Positions 29,601 through 38,798 of a stretch of DNA of 64,000 nucleotides are shown piece after piece (positions within the stretch are counted from its first letter, which is position 1; the number at the start of each line of letters is the position of its first letter). The translations under genes and the position numbers were made by a program. The DNA is taken from contig DVIW01000010.1 in the NCBI GenBank assembly GCA_018710945.1, positions 29,837 to 93,836 on the forward strand, given 5' to 3'. Source of the stretch: Candidatus Aphodovivens avistercoris (GTDB lineage: Bacteria > Actinomycetota > Coriobacteriia > Coriobacteriales > Eggerthellaceae). The notes below the pieces were generated by a model. The model did not search any database. It saw only the letters and a list, made by a program, of their open reading frames with translations, and was not told where the DNA came from.

Positions 29601-32600
29601 CTGGGCGCCGACGAGGGGCTGTCGCAGGCGCAGTACGATTGGGCCTACGACACGCTGGCGACCGCCGGCACGCAGTGGAAGATCGTGCTCATGCACAAGT
29701 CTCCCTACTCCAACGGCCCGCATCAGGCTGACAGCGATGTGACGGCAATCCGCTCTCAGATCAACACGTTGGCTGCGGCATGCGATGTGGACCTGGTGCT
29801 TTCGGGGCATGATCACGTGTACAACCGCACGCCGTTCCTCTCGCGCGGCGCCGAGCAGGACGTGACGGTGGAGACGCAGACCTACGAGGGCGCGAACTAC
29901 GAGACGGCCCTCAATCCCAACGGCACGGCGTTCGTCATCGCAGGGACGGCAGGCGTGAAGAACTACGTGCAGACGCCTTCCGCCGACATCCCCAGCGAGG
30001 TGGCGCTCGACTTGTCGGTGCCGGTGTACTCGGGCATCACCATCGACGGCGATCACCTGTACTACCAGGCGTATCGCGTGGACGGCGGCAGCTCGACGCT
30101 CGTCGACAGCTTCGCCATCTCGAAGGCCGAGGAGGATGTGCCCGCCTGGAAGCAGGTTGAGGACATGATCGCCGCGCTGCCCGACGCCGAGGACGTGACG
30201 CTGGACGACGAAGGGGCCATCGCCGAGGCGCGCGGCGCCTACAACGATCTTTCTGCTGAGGACCGGGCGCAAGTGTCCAACCTCGACCGCCTAGAGGCGG
30301 CCGAGAGGATGCTCGACGTGCTGAAGGGCACGGCGGGGAAGCGCACGGTGACGGTGAGCAACGACGATGATTTCTACAATGCGTTGGCAGACCCCTCCGT
30401 CGGCACCGTCCTCACGCAGGGCACCATCGAATTCGACGAGGGCGGCCTGTTCGACGACGGCACCCGTGAGCTCTATGTGAGGCACGACGTGGTGGTGGGC
30501 GGCTCCGGCGAGCTGCGCTTTTGCCGCTTCCATGTCGAGAACGGCGCGACGCTCGTGCTCAAGGACTCGCTGTACGTCAACGACACGCGTTCTCAAGGAT
30601 CGCCCTACGATGCGCTCAATCCCGTGGAGGTGAACGCGGGCGGCACGCTTGTCACGCAAGGCAGCGTATCCCTGCGCACCGAATACGGCAGGGGCGGCAG
30701 CGACGAGGGCGCTGCCGTGGAGCTCATGGGCGCCGGCGCCACCGCGATACTGGGCAGCTCGGGCACCTACTGGGGTTCCGAAGCGGCCGTGCTTTCCACG
30801 GTCGAGGGCACCACGCTCGTCATCAACGACGGCACCTACAACGCCAAGAACAACAACCGCGTCGTCATCGACACGCACGGCGATGCGACCATCAACGGCG
30901 GCACCATCTCGAGCATGTGGATTTCGGGCACGCTGCGCGTGAACGGGGGCACCTTCGCGCACCAGGACTCCGCCTCGAGCGACTGGACCCCGCTCGCCGT
31001 TTCCGGCGGCGACGCCTACATCACCGGCGGCACGTTCGAAACCTACGGCGGCCGCGACGGCAACGCGTCCATCAAGCTCGAGAACGGCGCCCGCCTGCAC
31101 GTGCTCGCCGACGCCAGCGGCAACGTTCGCATCGGCGGCGTCACGCCCTATGTGGGATCGGTCTCCACGCAGAACTACAAGGACGTTTCCATCGGGTATG
31201 TCGCATCGAACGGCTGGGGTTCCTCCGACGGCATCTATCGTGCGGAAGGCGCGGTGAACGCCAGCTCGGTCGAAGAGCTCGCGGGGCTATCCGCCAGCCT
31301 GATGTCGAGTGAGCACCACTCCCAGAACGGCGACTACATGGACGGCGCCTTGCCGGAAGGCGCCAGCACGGTGTTCGGAAAGTACTGGGTCTACGGCAAC
31401 GGCAAGGGCGCGCCTGACGGGTCGGGCATCATGGGCGACGGCCAGGTGATTGCCTACGGCCCGGCGCGCACCATCCAGAACAACCCGGTCGAGGGCGTGA
31501 CCATCGACGGCGACGCGCTGCGCGTGGTCGATCTCAACCAGGACGGCGCGGGCACGCTGCGCCTGACCGGCTACACCACACCGGCCAACGCGTTCGACAA
31601 CGGCATCATCTGGTCCTCCGACAACGAGCAGACTGCCAGCGTGAGCGCGGCGGCAGGCCAGGGCGTCGTCACGGTGAACCAGGCGGGCGGCGCGAACATC
31701 ACCGCCACGTCCGACTCCAACCCCAGCCTCTCGGCGACGGTGGAGGTCATCGCCGTGAAGCCGACGCTCGAGGGCCCCGACGAGCTGGACGAAGACATGG
31801 CGGAAGCGGCGTTCAAGGCCGGCGCCGGGTTCTCCAACGCCAGCTACGACGATCGTCTGTCCTTCAAGTACTCGGTGAGCGACAACACCGTGGCGTCCAT
31901 CGACCCCGACACGGGCGCGCTTGAGAAGCTGGCGGCGGGCTCCGTCACCGTGACGGCCACGCTGTACGTGGACGGCGAGTCCACCGACGTGACGGTGGAG
32001 AAGAACGTCGTCTGCAAGATGAAGCCCGAGGTCTCGGTCGAGGACGTGAACGCGCTGCTCGACGTGAAGGTGGCCGATGCGAACAAGGCGATGGCGTCCG
32101 AGCACGGCGCGCAGACCTTCAACGAGCTGATCGCCAACGCCGAGGGGCAGAGCGATTCGTACACGATCGGCGAGGTCTATTCCGAGGACACGCCGGCCGA
32201 GGGCCTGCTGGAGGGCGCGGCGCGCTTCTTTGGCCTGGCGAAGGCCGACAAGATCTGGAAGGTGGACGTGACCATCCAGGCAGCGCCCTACGTGGCGGCC
32301 TTCGATAAAGCGCTGAACCTTGAAGAGGGCACGCATGCGGTTGAGGGCGACGCGTCCAAGACGGTGACGCTGGTGTGGAGCAACGGCGACCCGTCCACCA
32401 ATCCCGCCGTGCTCTCCGGCTGGACCCTTGAGGATCCGACGGCCACCCCGGTGACGTTCCAGGGCATCTGCACGATGGCGCCCGAGCCCGTTACCCCCGA
32501 GGCCCCGGCTGCCGATGCAGTGGCGAAGCTGGAAGGCGTTTCCGTCACGCTTGACGGTGTGAACGAGATCAACGGTTCCGAGGGCAGCAACGCGCATCCC

Positions 32601-35360
32601 GACATGACGTTCGCGGCTGCGGGCGAGGGCGCGGAGGCGCTCATCGCCGACAGCTTCACGGTGGGCACGCCCGCGCAGGGCGCCGACGGCGCGTGGACCG
32701 TCGAGGTGGCGATGGACGCCCGAAAGTACCTGGACGCCTACGCGGAGATGGGCGACCCCGCCTACGGTTCGCACTACTTCGCCAAGAGCGACGAGGACGG
32801 TCAAGAGGCGTTCACGTTGGTCTACGACGAGACGGCGACTGCGTGGAAGCTGGCCGAGGGCCAGAATGCGGCGTTCGCCTACGAGATCACCTGCCTGACG
32901 CTGCGCCCGGCCTCGGTTGAAAAGTACGTGGGCGGCAACAGCGAGAACGGCGGCCACTTCACCGACCAGTACGTGGTTGACGGCCAGGGCAACGCCTACA
33001 CCGTCGCCGAGCTGAACGAGCTGCTGGACGAGGGCACCACGGCTGCGGTGCACTACTACGACGAGAACGGCGCGGCGATCGAGGACGACACCGTGCCGGG
33101 CAGCTACACCGCGCGTATCGACCTGACCATCGAGGACCCGCAGACGCGTGCGGCCGGCGAAGGCGCAGCCGGAACCGACGAGGCGGTGGACGTGACGGTG
33201 AACGAGCGCCGCTACACGTTCGCGCTCGAGCCCTCCGAGCTCGTCATCCGCGACGTGTCGGATGCGGATGCCGCCGAGGCGGGCAAGCTGAACGTTCCGC
33301 TGGTCGACGCGGGCGACGCCGACGCCATCAAGGCGGCGCTTGAGACGGAAGGCGGCGTGGCGGCGGCTCTGCCCGACGGTACGACGGTGTGCTTCAACGG
33401 CAACCCCGACGTTCCGCTGGCCGACGCCTCCGGCGTGACGCTGTTCTCCGACGACCTGCTGCCGGGTCAGCGCGAGCAGGAGCTCATCAACCACGCCAAC
33501 GACGAGCTTGGCGCGGGCACGGTGGGCGAGCGCTACGACTTCCAGTACCTCGACCTGGTGGACCAGAACCAGTCGAACGCCTGGGTGAGCTCAAGCGCGG
33601 GCACGAAGGTGTTCTGGAAGGTGCCCGAAGGGGCCGATCCCGCCACCATCAAGGTCTACCGCTTCGCCGGCCTGCACCGCGACTACAGCGCCACTGACCA
33701 GGAGGTAAGCGACCTCATCGCCGCCAGCACGGTGGAGCCGATGACGCTCGACACGAGCACGGCGGCGCAGGGCTACGTGAGCTTCGAGGTTCCCGCTTCC
33801 GGGTTCAGCCCCTACGTGATGACGTGGGGCGAGGCCTCCACGCCGCCGGCGCAGCAGTTCACGGTGTCGTTCGACGCCAACGGCGGCACGCTTCCCGAAG
33901 GCGCGCCGGAAAGCGTCAAGGTGACGGCGGGCGGCACCATCGCGAGCCTGCCCGAGCCCGCGCGCACCGGCTACACCTTCGCGGGCTGGACCACGGCCGA
34001 CGGTGCCGCGTTCACCACCGGCACCCCGGTGAACGCCGACCTGACGGTGACGGCTCAGTGGACGCCGAAGCAGTATACGGTGACGTTCGATGCTCAGGGC
34101 GGCACGATTGCGGGCGGCGCTGCCGCAGCGGACGCCACCTACGACGCGCCTCTTGGCACGCTGCCCACGCCGACGCGCGACGGCTACGCGTTCAAGGGCT
34201 GGTTCACGCAGCCGCAGGGCGGCGAGCAGGTGACGGCCGACACGGTGTACCGGACGGCGGGGCCGAGCACCTACTACGCGCGGTGGGAGCTGACCGCCCC
34301 CGCCGCGGTGACGCTCACGCTTGACGCGGGCGAGGGCACGTTCGTGGACGGCGCCACCGCGACGGTGAAGCTGCCGACGGGCGGCACGCTGAGCGCGGGC
34401 GACCTGCCCACGCCGACGCGCGACGGCTTTGCGCTGGCGGGCTGGTATCTTGATGCGCAGCTGGCTGATCCGGTGGTCTTCACTGAGGATGCCGATCCCG
34501 CCGCGGGCGTGGAGGCGACGGTGTTCAACGCGGACGCGACCCTCTACGCGAAGTGGCTTGAGGACATCGGCTCCGATGCGGACATCTCGTTCGCCGGCGT
34601 CACTGCCGAGTACACCGGCCGCGCCGTGGCCGCAGTGCCGACGTTCGGGGCCGGGTTCCCGGCGGCCGAGCAGGGCAAGGTGCAGGTGCTCTATCGCTCG
34701 GGCGACGAGCCCTGGACGGACGGGGCGCCGGTCGGCGTGGGCTCCTACGACGTGAAGTTCGTCTACGAGGGATCCGACGCCTACGCGCCCTTCGAGAAGG
34801 AGTACCCGGCGGGCATCGTCATCACCCTGGCCAAGCTGGCCCAGACGGGCCTGGCCGCCGACCCCGCCGAGGTGCCGGCGGGCACGAGGCTTGCCGACGT
34901 TGCCCTTGCGGGCGCAACGGTGACCATGGCCGACGGCACGGTGGTGGCCGGCGCGTGGAGCTGGGTCGACGTGGCGGGCGTCGTGAATGCGACGGGCGCC
35001 TACCAGGCGGTGTTCACGCCTGCCGAAGGCGCGGCCAACTACCAGCCGCTCTACGCCGACGTGCAGGTGAGCGTGAAGGCGACCGACCCGGGCACCGATC
35101 CCGGCAACCCGGGCGGCGACGAGGGCGCCGGCCCTGACAACCCCGGCGGCTCGGGTGACGGCAGCGGCGACGGCGGCCAGACCGGCGACGGCAACGGCAG
35201 CGGCTCCGCCTCCGATTCCGGCAAGGGCGACGGCACGCTGAAGGGCCTCGCCTCCACCGGCGACGCGACCCTGGGCATCCTCGTCGGCACCGGCGCCGTG
35301 CTGCTGGCGGCCCTGGCGGCCTGCCTCGTGGCGCTGGCCCGCCTGCGCCGCCAGAGGTAG
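26661..35360 (+). CDS. giant (2,899-aa) cell-wall-anchored protein with two calcineurin-type metallophosphoesterase domains, beta-helix, Big_2-like, Listeria-Bacteroides (Flg_new) repeats and LASTG anchor
   Basis: ATG 26661 is preceded by GAGAAGAGGTGGGG. Signal peptide: LMAAVLALALSLPAGGLSFGRAHA. MPE domain 1 motifs: LSDTHY, SGDLTKDG, INGNHD, MHHG, GHMHAND (about 26.9-27.7 kb). MPE domain 2, purple-acid-phosphatase-like: FRWYTG, VNDSQG, GGDFVDDG, AGNHE, LMHKSPY, SGHDHVY (about 28.9-29.85 kb). A Gly/Thr-rich beta-helix-like segment lies at about 30.3-31.15 kb and a Big_2-like domain at about 31.5-31.75 kb. Three repeats carry G(Y/F)xFxGW (33.85-34.55 kb). A G/D/S/P linker precedes LASTG, a hydrophobic helix and RLRRQR. 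Confidence 0.85.
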   Translation: MKEQEERALSRGFRALMAAVLALALSLPAGGLSFGRAHADQTAPQADGATEAATAAADAGATAADAGTDAQAFGPDSNSVKIAVLSDTHYYPLNYVSDCEDYETYVGGDPKMLEESGSILDAALQMVREDAPDILVVSGDLTKDGEKLGHEQLSERFQAIEDETDTEVFVINGNHDVFNYEDSCTFENGSKEYAETTTADDFRQIYANFGYNGDYEAEYFTNPNHGAGEIAGELSYTADLGKFTIVAVDSGRYSPDADTGYSENEHITAGRVDDDLLPWVVEKVQAAEAEGDTVIGLMHHGLVPHFEGEENILSEYVVDNWQATATAFADAGMRYIFTGHMHANDIAQFTSNAGNTITDLETGSLSSWRSPQRTVTLTKGAALDDGTQRTHEEFSVSSRGVSSIDFKDHTGNVTHIEDFQSYTQDKLYPETLFNNMANGMLRPILEEIGQTGLRAWLAENLPDVDIDAMVLGLARDALAGGMDIELGTGIGRVHVEYRNGGIQLSPSGTAGLIGDATITDAQILRLVDDVLSTVETKYIDNPDWLLGEVDKIVTQVSQMGVTSLDAEQRSIYDLVLVVLTGHYAGHENPPAWVGDALSYIESGEVVQTLITTLIDDLMPIIDTLLEENSIDTGIAFSGLWKTAIDGATDDGNLKSTLELFGFDSAAIRGMIEGLVNEYMSPSFLTGMGSLISEIAGSMLYDSNFTDDVIDGEGVTITFDGTVTPPEPSVDNGLLPTQITMTLGSSSGTDRNFRWYTGTNVTSGTVQVATDADFQNIVAEAQATSEQVTKPKTQLNLGLVTTYGTQQAERHSASVTGLDDGASYYYRVGDKENGWWSDAFPFSTGDAADADDAFTFINVNDSQGMVESDYDVYKNTLAAADAVFPAASFTVHGGDFVDDGANEDYWTWALDDANGVAQGMSMTPAAGNHEAKSDVEGITDANPIVSHFNLANVPAGQDLSSGVYYSYVYKNATFVVLNTNDLGADEGLSQAQYDWAYDTLATAGTQWKIVLMHKSPYSNGPHQADSDVTAIRSQINTLAAACDVDLVLSGHDHVYNRTPFLSRGAEQDVTVETQTYEGANYETALNPNGTAFVIAGTAGVKNYVQTPSADIPSEVALDLSVPVYSGITIDGDHLYYQAYRVDGGSSTLVDSFAISKAEEDVPAWKQVEDMIAALPDAEDVTLDDEGAIAEARGAYNDLSAEDRAQVSNLDRLEAAERMLDVLKGTAGKRTVTVSNDDDFYNALADPSVGTVLTQGTIEFDEGGLFDDGTRELYVRHDVVVGGSGELRFCRFHVENGATLVLKDSLYVNDTRSQGSPYDALNPVEVNAGGTLVTQGSVSLRTEYGRGGSDEGAAVELMGAGATAILGSSGTYWGSEAAVLSTVEGTTLVINDGTYNAKNNNRVVIDTHGDATINGGTISSMWISGTLRVNGGTFAHQDSASSDWTPLAVSGGDAYITGGTFETYGGRDGNASIKLENGARLHVLADASGNVRIGGVTPYVGSVSTQNYKDVSIGYVASNGWGSSDGIYRAEGAVNASSVEELAGLSASLMSSEHHSQNGDYMDGALPEGASTVFGKYWVYGNGKGAPDGSGIMGDGQVIAYGPARTIQNNPVEGVTIDGDALRVVDLNQDGAGTLRLTGYTTPANAFDNGIIWSSDNEQTASVSAAAGQGVVTVNQAGGANITATSDSNPSLSATVEVIAVKPTLEGPDELDEDMAEAAFKAGAGFSNASYDDRLSFKYSVSDNTVASIDPDTGALEKLAAGSVTVTATLYVDGESTDVTVEKNVVCKMKPEVSVEDVNALLDVKVADANKAMASEHGAQTFNELIANAEGQSDSYTIGEVYSEDTPAEGLLEGAARFFGLAKADKIWKVDVTIQAAPYVAAFDKALNLEEGTHAVEGDASKTVTLVWSNGDPSTNPAVLSGWTLEDPTATPVTFQGICTMAPEPVTPEAPAADAVAKLEGVSVTLDGVNEINGSEGSNAHPDMTFAAAGEGAEALIADSFTVGTPAQGADGAWTVEVAMDARKYLDAYAEMGDPAYGSHYFAKSDEDGQEAFTLVYDETATAWKLAEGQNAAFAYEITCLTLRPASVEKYVGGNSENGGHFTDQYVVDGQGNAYTVAELNELLDEGTTAAVHYYDENGAAIEDDTVPGSYTARIDLTIEDPQTRAAGEGAAGTDEAVDVTVNERRYTFALEPSELVIRDVSDADAAEAGKLNVPLVDAGDADAIKAALETEGGVAAALPDGTTVCFNGNPDVPLADASGVTLFSDDLLPGQREQELINHANDELGAGTVGERYDFQYLDLVDQNQSNAWVSSSAGTKVFWKVPEGADPATIKVYRFAGLHRDYSATDQEVSDLIAASTVEPMTLDTSTAAQGYVSFEVPASGFSPYVMTWGEASTPPAQQFTVSFDANGGTLPEGAPESVKVTAGGTIASLPEPARTGYTFAGWTTADGAAFTTGTPVNADLTVTAQWTPKQYTVTFDAQGGTIAGGAAAADATYDAPLGTLPTPTRDGYAFKGWFTQPQGGEQVTADTVYRTAGPSTYYARWELTAPAAVTLTLDAGEGTFVDGATATVKLPTGGTLSAGDLPTPTRDGFALAGWYLDAQLADPVVFTEDADPAAGVEATVFNADATLYAKWLEDIGSDADISFAGVTAEYTGRAVAAVPTFGAGFPAAEQGKVQVLYRSGDEPWTDGAPVGVGSYDVKFVYEGSDAYAPFEKEYPAGIVITLAKLAQTGLAADPAEVPAGTRLADVALAGATVTMADGTVVAGAWSWVDVAGVVNATGAYQAVFTPAEGAANYQPLYADVQVSVKATDPGTDPGNPGGDEGAGPDNPGGSGDGSGDGGQTGDGNGSGSASDSGKGDGTLKGLASTGDATLGILVGTGAVLLAALAACLVALARLRRQR
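35247..35261 (+). other. LASTG sorting-signal motif of the giant phosphoesterase protein
   Basis: Codons CTC GCC TCC ACC GGC encode LASTG, followed by DATLGILVGTGAVLLAALAACLVALA and RLRRQR-stop. Confidence 0.55.
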
Positions 35361-35511
35361 CAGCTCGAGACAACAAACGGGCGGGGCGACTGCCCCCACA
35401 GCCGCCCCGCCTTTAGCCTCCGGATGCGGCCTGGCTCGATACAGCCAAACGACGCCTTGTCCGGACGGCGGGAGAGCCGGACGCCGCGAACCCTCGTCCG
35501 CCTCCCTCTTC

Positions 35512-35558
35512 AAAGCCCGGGGCTGCTGCCTCGATTCCGAGCAGCAGCCCCGGGCTTT
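35512..35558. terminator. bidirectional intrinsic terminator
   Basis: AAAGCCCGGGGCTGCTGC (35512-35529) and GCAGCAGCCCCGGGCTTT (35541-35558) form a perfect 18-bp stem with an 11-nt loop. The A-run and T-run flanks suit the convergent genes on both sides. Confidence 0.7.
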
Positions 35559-35733
35559 TCTGCATTCATCCCTCTCGCCCCCCCCGGCCGGATGCTTCCC
35601 CATCTCTTCACGACCCGCGACCATCAACCTCCAAAACCATTCGCCAAAACGAATAGTTTGTTGTGGCGGTTGGGCGAAAAAACCATTCGCCGCTACGATG
35701 TTCTGTCCTTCCGCACGGCGCGGGGCAGGCGGG

Positions 35734-36426
35734 TTACGGCAGCTCCAGCGGGATTACGCGCTCGTAGAGGGCGTGGAAGCCGTCGGCGAAATCGGCATCG
35801 ACGTGGTAGTGGCCGAAGTACCAGTGTGCGAACTGCGTGGTGTCGCGGACGTGCTGCAGGTACTCGGTGGCGCGGTCGGGCAGGAACACGGGGCTGATGC
35901 GGCCCTGCACCAACGTAGGCGCGCAGTGCGTCAGCACGCAGTCGACCCGGCGCCCGCAGGCGTCCAGCGTTTCCTGGCCGCGCTTCATCTCGTCGTCGGA
36001 GGGCATCTCTTCCGGCCACCACGAGCGGCCTTCCCGGCGGAACTGCCGGTCGTGCGACATGGCGCCGCCGAAGGTGAAGAACCGCTTCCCCTCGATCTCG
36101 AACAGCTGCCCGCGCATCAGGTGGAGCACGCGGTCCGACACGCGGTGCACGCGTCCGCCATGCCAGCGCTCTTCCGGCAGCGCGTTCAGCCGCGCGAAGT
36201 TCTCATGGTTGCCGTCCACGAACAGGGTGGTCCACGGCTTCTCGTCAAGCCAGCTCAGCCACCAGTGCTCTTCGGCGGTGCCCTCCGGCGAGAACACCAG
36301 TCCGAAGTCGCCGCAGATCACCAGGTAGTCGCCCTCGCCCGGCTCGATGCCCTGCGTCAGCAGGTTGCTGCGCGAGAGCTTGCCGATGTCGATGTTGCCG
36401 TGGGTGTCGCCCGTCACGTAGATCAT
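35734..36426 (-). CDS. metallophosphoesterase (Ser/Thr-phosphatase-like, calcineurin fold)
   Basis: The start at 36426 gives MIYVTGDTHGN..., GDFG and GNHENF motifs in canonical order. About 230 aa. The longer ORF to 36792 is an Arg/Pro-rich GC artefact. Confidence 0.8.
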   Translation of the reverse strand: MIYVTGDTHGNIDIGKLSRSNLLTQGIEPGEGDYLVICGDFGLVFSPEGTAEEHWWLSWLDEKPWTTLFVDGNHENFARLNALPEERWHGGRVHRVSDRVLHLMRGQLFEIEGKRFFTFGGAMSHDRQFRREGRSWWPEEMPSDDEMKRGQETLDACGRRVDCVLTHCAPTLVQGRISPVFLPDRATEYLQHVRDTTQFAHWYFGHYHVDADFADGFHALYERVIPLELP

Positions 36427-36602
36427 CGCCGTCTCCTTCCGCAGGCTTCTGCGCGCCTCGGGCCCGGATGCCGGCGTGCGGCGCGCTCTTTCGTCTTGCC
36501 ATCTTCCGCTGCGCGGCTTTTGCGCGCAAGGCGTTCTGGCGTGCGGCGCACGGGGAGCGGCGGGGAGGGGGTGCAGGGTCTTTCCCGCGCCCCCTCGGCT
36601 TT

Positions 36603-37235
36603 CTAAATGTCCTTCTTCGAGACAAGCAGCAGGATGCCGCCGACAAGGTTCAGGAAGAGCAGCGTGCACACGCCAAACGCCGTTGAGTTGGGCTTGGTGC
36701 CTTTGTAGATGCCCCATGCGCGCACCGTCATGGGGATCATCCACGCCAGCGGGATGATGAGGATGGCGCAGAAGACCGTGCTGACGATGCACAGGATGAA
36801 CGCGACCATGCGCAGCGTCTTGTCGGTGCCGAAGGTGTCGTAGGGGGCGTCCGGCGTGCCGCTGTTCACATACACGTTCTGGTAGACGGTCTGCGCCGTG
36901 CCCGCGCTGCCGTAGCTGGGGCCGCTGGTCGGCGTGCCGCCGTAGATGGCGCCGTCTGCGCCCAGGTAGTTCGTTGACGCGAGGGGTTGCGCGCCGGCCG
37001 CTTCAGCTGCGGAGCCGGCGCCGTAGGCGGCCGCGACGGCGGCGTTGGGCTGGGCGGCTTGCTGGGCTGCCGCTCCGCCTGCGGCCGCCGCCTGCTGTGC
37101 CGCGGCGTTTGCCGGGTTCGCCGTTGCCTGCAGGGCGGGGGCGAAGTTGTCGGTCCACTGGGTTCCGTCCCAGTAGCGCAGCTTGGCGGGATCGCCGGAG
37201 GGGTCGGGGTACCATCCTGCTTGCGGGTTCGTCAT
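36603..37235 (-). CDS. DUF2510-type (GWYPDP...RYWDG..W) membrane protein
   Basis: The start at 37235 (MTNPQAGWYPDPSGDPAKLRYWDGTQWTDNF) is preceded by AGGAGG. An Ala/Gln/Gly-rich linker is followed by two C-terminal hydrophobic helices. Confidence 0.7.
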   Translation of the reverse strand: MTNPQAGWYPDPSGDPAKLRYWDGTQWTDNFAPALQATANPANAAAQQAAAAGGAAAQQAAQPNAAVAAAYGAGSAAEAAGAQPLASTNYLGADGAIYGGTPTSGPSYGSAGTAQTVYQNVYVNSGTPDAPYDTFGTDKTLRMVAFILCIVSTVFCAILIIPLAWMIPMTVRAWGIYKGTKPNSTAFGVCTLLFLNLVGGILLLVSKKDI

Positions 37236-37536
37236 CGTGGGTCCTCCTGAATGATGCTGTGTCGAAGCGCTTGAAATAGACACCTTGCATCATAGCCGTT
37301 CGGTGCACTTCGGCAAACCGCACGCAGCTGATATTTGCGTTTTGCCGCCGTTTGCGGTGCGGGTTTCGGCGCGCGCTGCCATTCGCGCGGCATCGGTCGG
37401 TGCCTGCCGCGCGCCTGCGTCATCTCCGCCTCGTTTGAACGTTCGCGCATACGTGCGTTTCCGCATATGTTCTCCGTTTGTCGATGGCCTGCGCGAGAAG
37501 CGGGAAGTGGGACTTGTTCGGTTACAATGCCGCGCT

Positions 37537-38532
37537 ATGGAAGAATTCGGACATATCGCTGCGCACGTCGTCGAGCATTCCCTTGCCGACACGCTGTACC
37601 TTATCCCGTTCCTGTTCGTCACCTACCTTGCGATGGAATGGCTTGAGCATCGCACGGCGGGCAAGACGCAGGACGCCATCCGCCACGCCGGCGCCGCCGG
37701 GCCCATCGTGGGCGCCGTGCTGGGCGCCGTGCCGCAGTGCGGCTTCTCCGCGGCGGCGGCCACACTGTACGCCGGCCGCGTGGTGACGTTGGGCACCGTG
37801 TTCGCGGTGTTTTTGTCCACTTCCGACGAGATGCTGCCCATCTTCCTGGCCGAGCAGGTTCCGCCGCTCACCATCGCGAAGATCATCGGGGCGAAGATCA
37901 TCATCGGCATGGTGATGGGCTTCATCGTGGACGCCGCGCTGCGCCTGCTGCGCCGCGACAACCAGCGGCTGCGCATCCACGAGCTGTGCGAGCAGGACCA
38001 TTGCCACTGCGACAACGAATGCTCCACCTGCGAGAACAACCCCGAGCTGGTCTACAGCCATCACGACGACTGCGCCGAAGGCTGCACGCACCACCATCAC
38101 GCCCACGACCACGAGCATGATCACGACCACGGTTGGAAGGGCATCGTGAAAAGCGCGCTGATCCACACGGTCCAGGTGGGCGTGTTCGTGCTGGTTGTCA
38201 CCTTCGTGCTGAACGGCGTGCTGGAGGTGGTGGGCGAGGACGCGCTCGCGGCGTTCCTCGGCGCCAACCCGGTGCTGTCGGTGCTGGCTTCCGCACTGGT
38301 GGGCCTTGTGCCGAACTGCGCGGCCAGCGTGGTGATAGCCCAGCTGTACGTGGAGGGCGTGCTGGGTGCGGGCGCCATGATGTCGGGCCTTCTGGTGTCG
38401 GCGGGCGTGGGCCTGCTGGTGCTGCTGCGCGCGAACCGTCCCGTGCGGCAGACGCTTGCCATTATTGCCGGCCTGTACGCCACCGGTGTGGCGTGGGGCC
38501 TTGCTGGCAACGCCCTGGGCATCGTGTTCTAG
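37537..38532 (+). CDS. polytopic membrane protein, ArsP_2-like putative heavy-metal exporter with His/Cys-rich loop
   Basis: MEEFGHIAAHVVEHSL...PQCGFSAAAATLY...STSDEMLPIF resembles the putative 10-TM metal exporter family, recalled from memory and not searched. The central loop reads CEQDHCHCDNECSTCENN...HHDDCAEGCTHHHHAHDHEHDHDHGW. Confidence 0.65.
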   Translation: MEEFGHIAAHVVEHSLADTLYLIPFLFVTYLAMEWLEHRTAGKTQDAIRHAGAAGPIVGAVLGAVPQCGFSAAAATLYAGRVVTLGTVFAVFLSTSDEMLPIFLAEQVPPLTIAKIIGAKIIIGMVMGFIVDAALRLLRRDNQRLRIHELCEQDHCHCDNECSTCENNPELVYSHHDDCAEGCTHHHHAHDHEHDHDHGWKGIVKSALIHTVQVGVFVLVVTFVLNGVLEVVGEDALAAFLGANPVLSVLASALVGLVPNCAASVVIAQLYVEGVLGAGAMMSGLLVSAGVGLLVLLRANRPVRQTLAIIAGLYATGVAWGLAGNALGIVF

Positions 38533-38798
38533 CCGCTTTTGCCGGCAGCGCGCGGTTTCGCCGCGCCGCGCTGCGCCGTGATGCCTCGTCTGCTGCGTCG
38601 CCGCATCGTCCGCATTTGCCGCGTCGTTGCCGCCTTTCCTTCGCTGCGCCATCTCTCCCTACCGTGCCGCCTCCGCTTCCTTCCTTTTCGCCGTTCGCTT
38701 TACCTGGCTGCAACAGCGACGGGCCTGCGGAGGGCCTATAATGCGTCCGGTACGAAGAACCCGGGATCCGGGGAAACCGCGAGGGAAAAGAGGCGGCA

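Noticed and set aside
26454-35627. Long antisense ORFs opposite the giant phosphoesterase gene (26454-28142, 28329-30272, 31287-33494, 33591-35627)
   Set aside because: The reasoning is the same. The sequences are low-complexity and Arg/His/Gly-rich with no recognisable domains, and they overlap a motif-rich sense frame.
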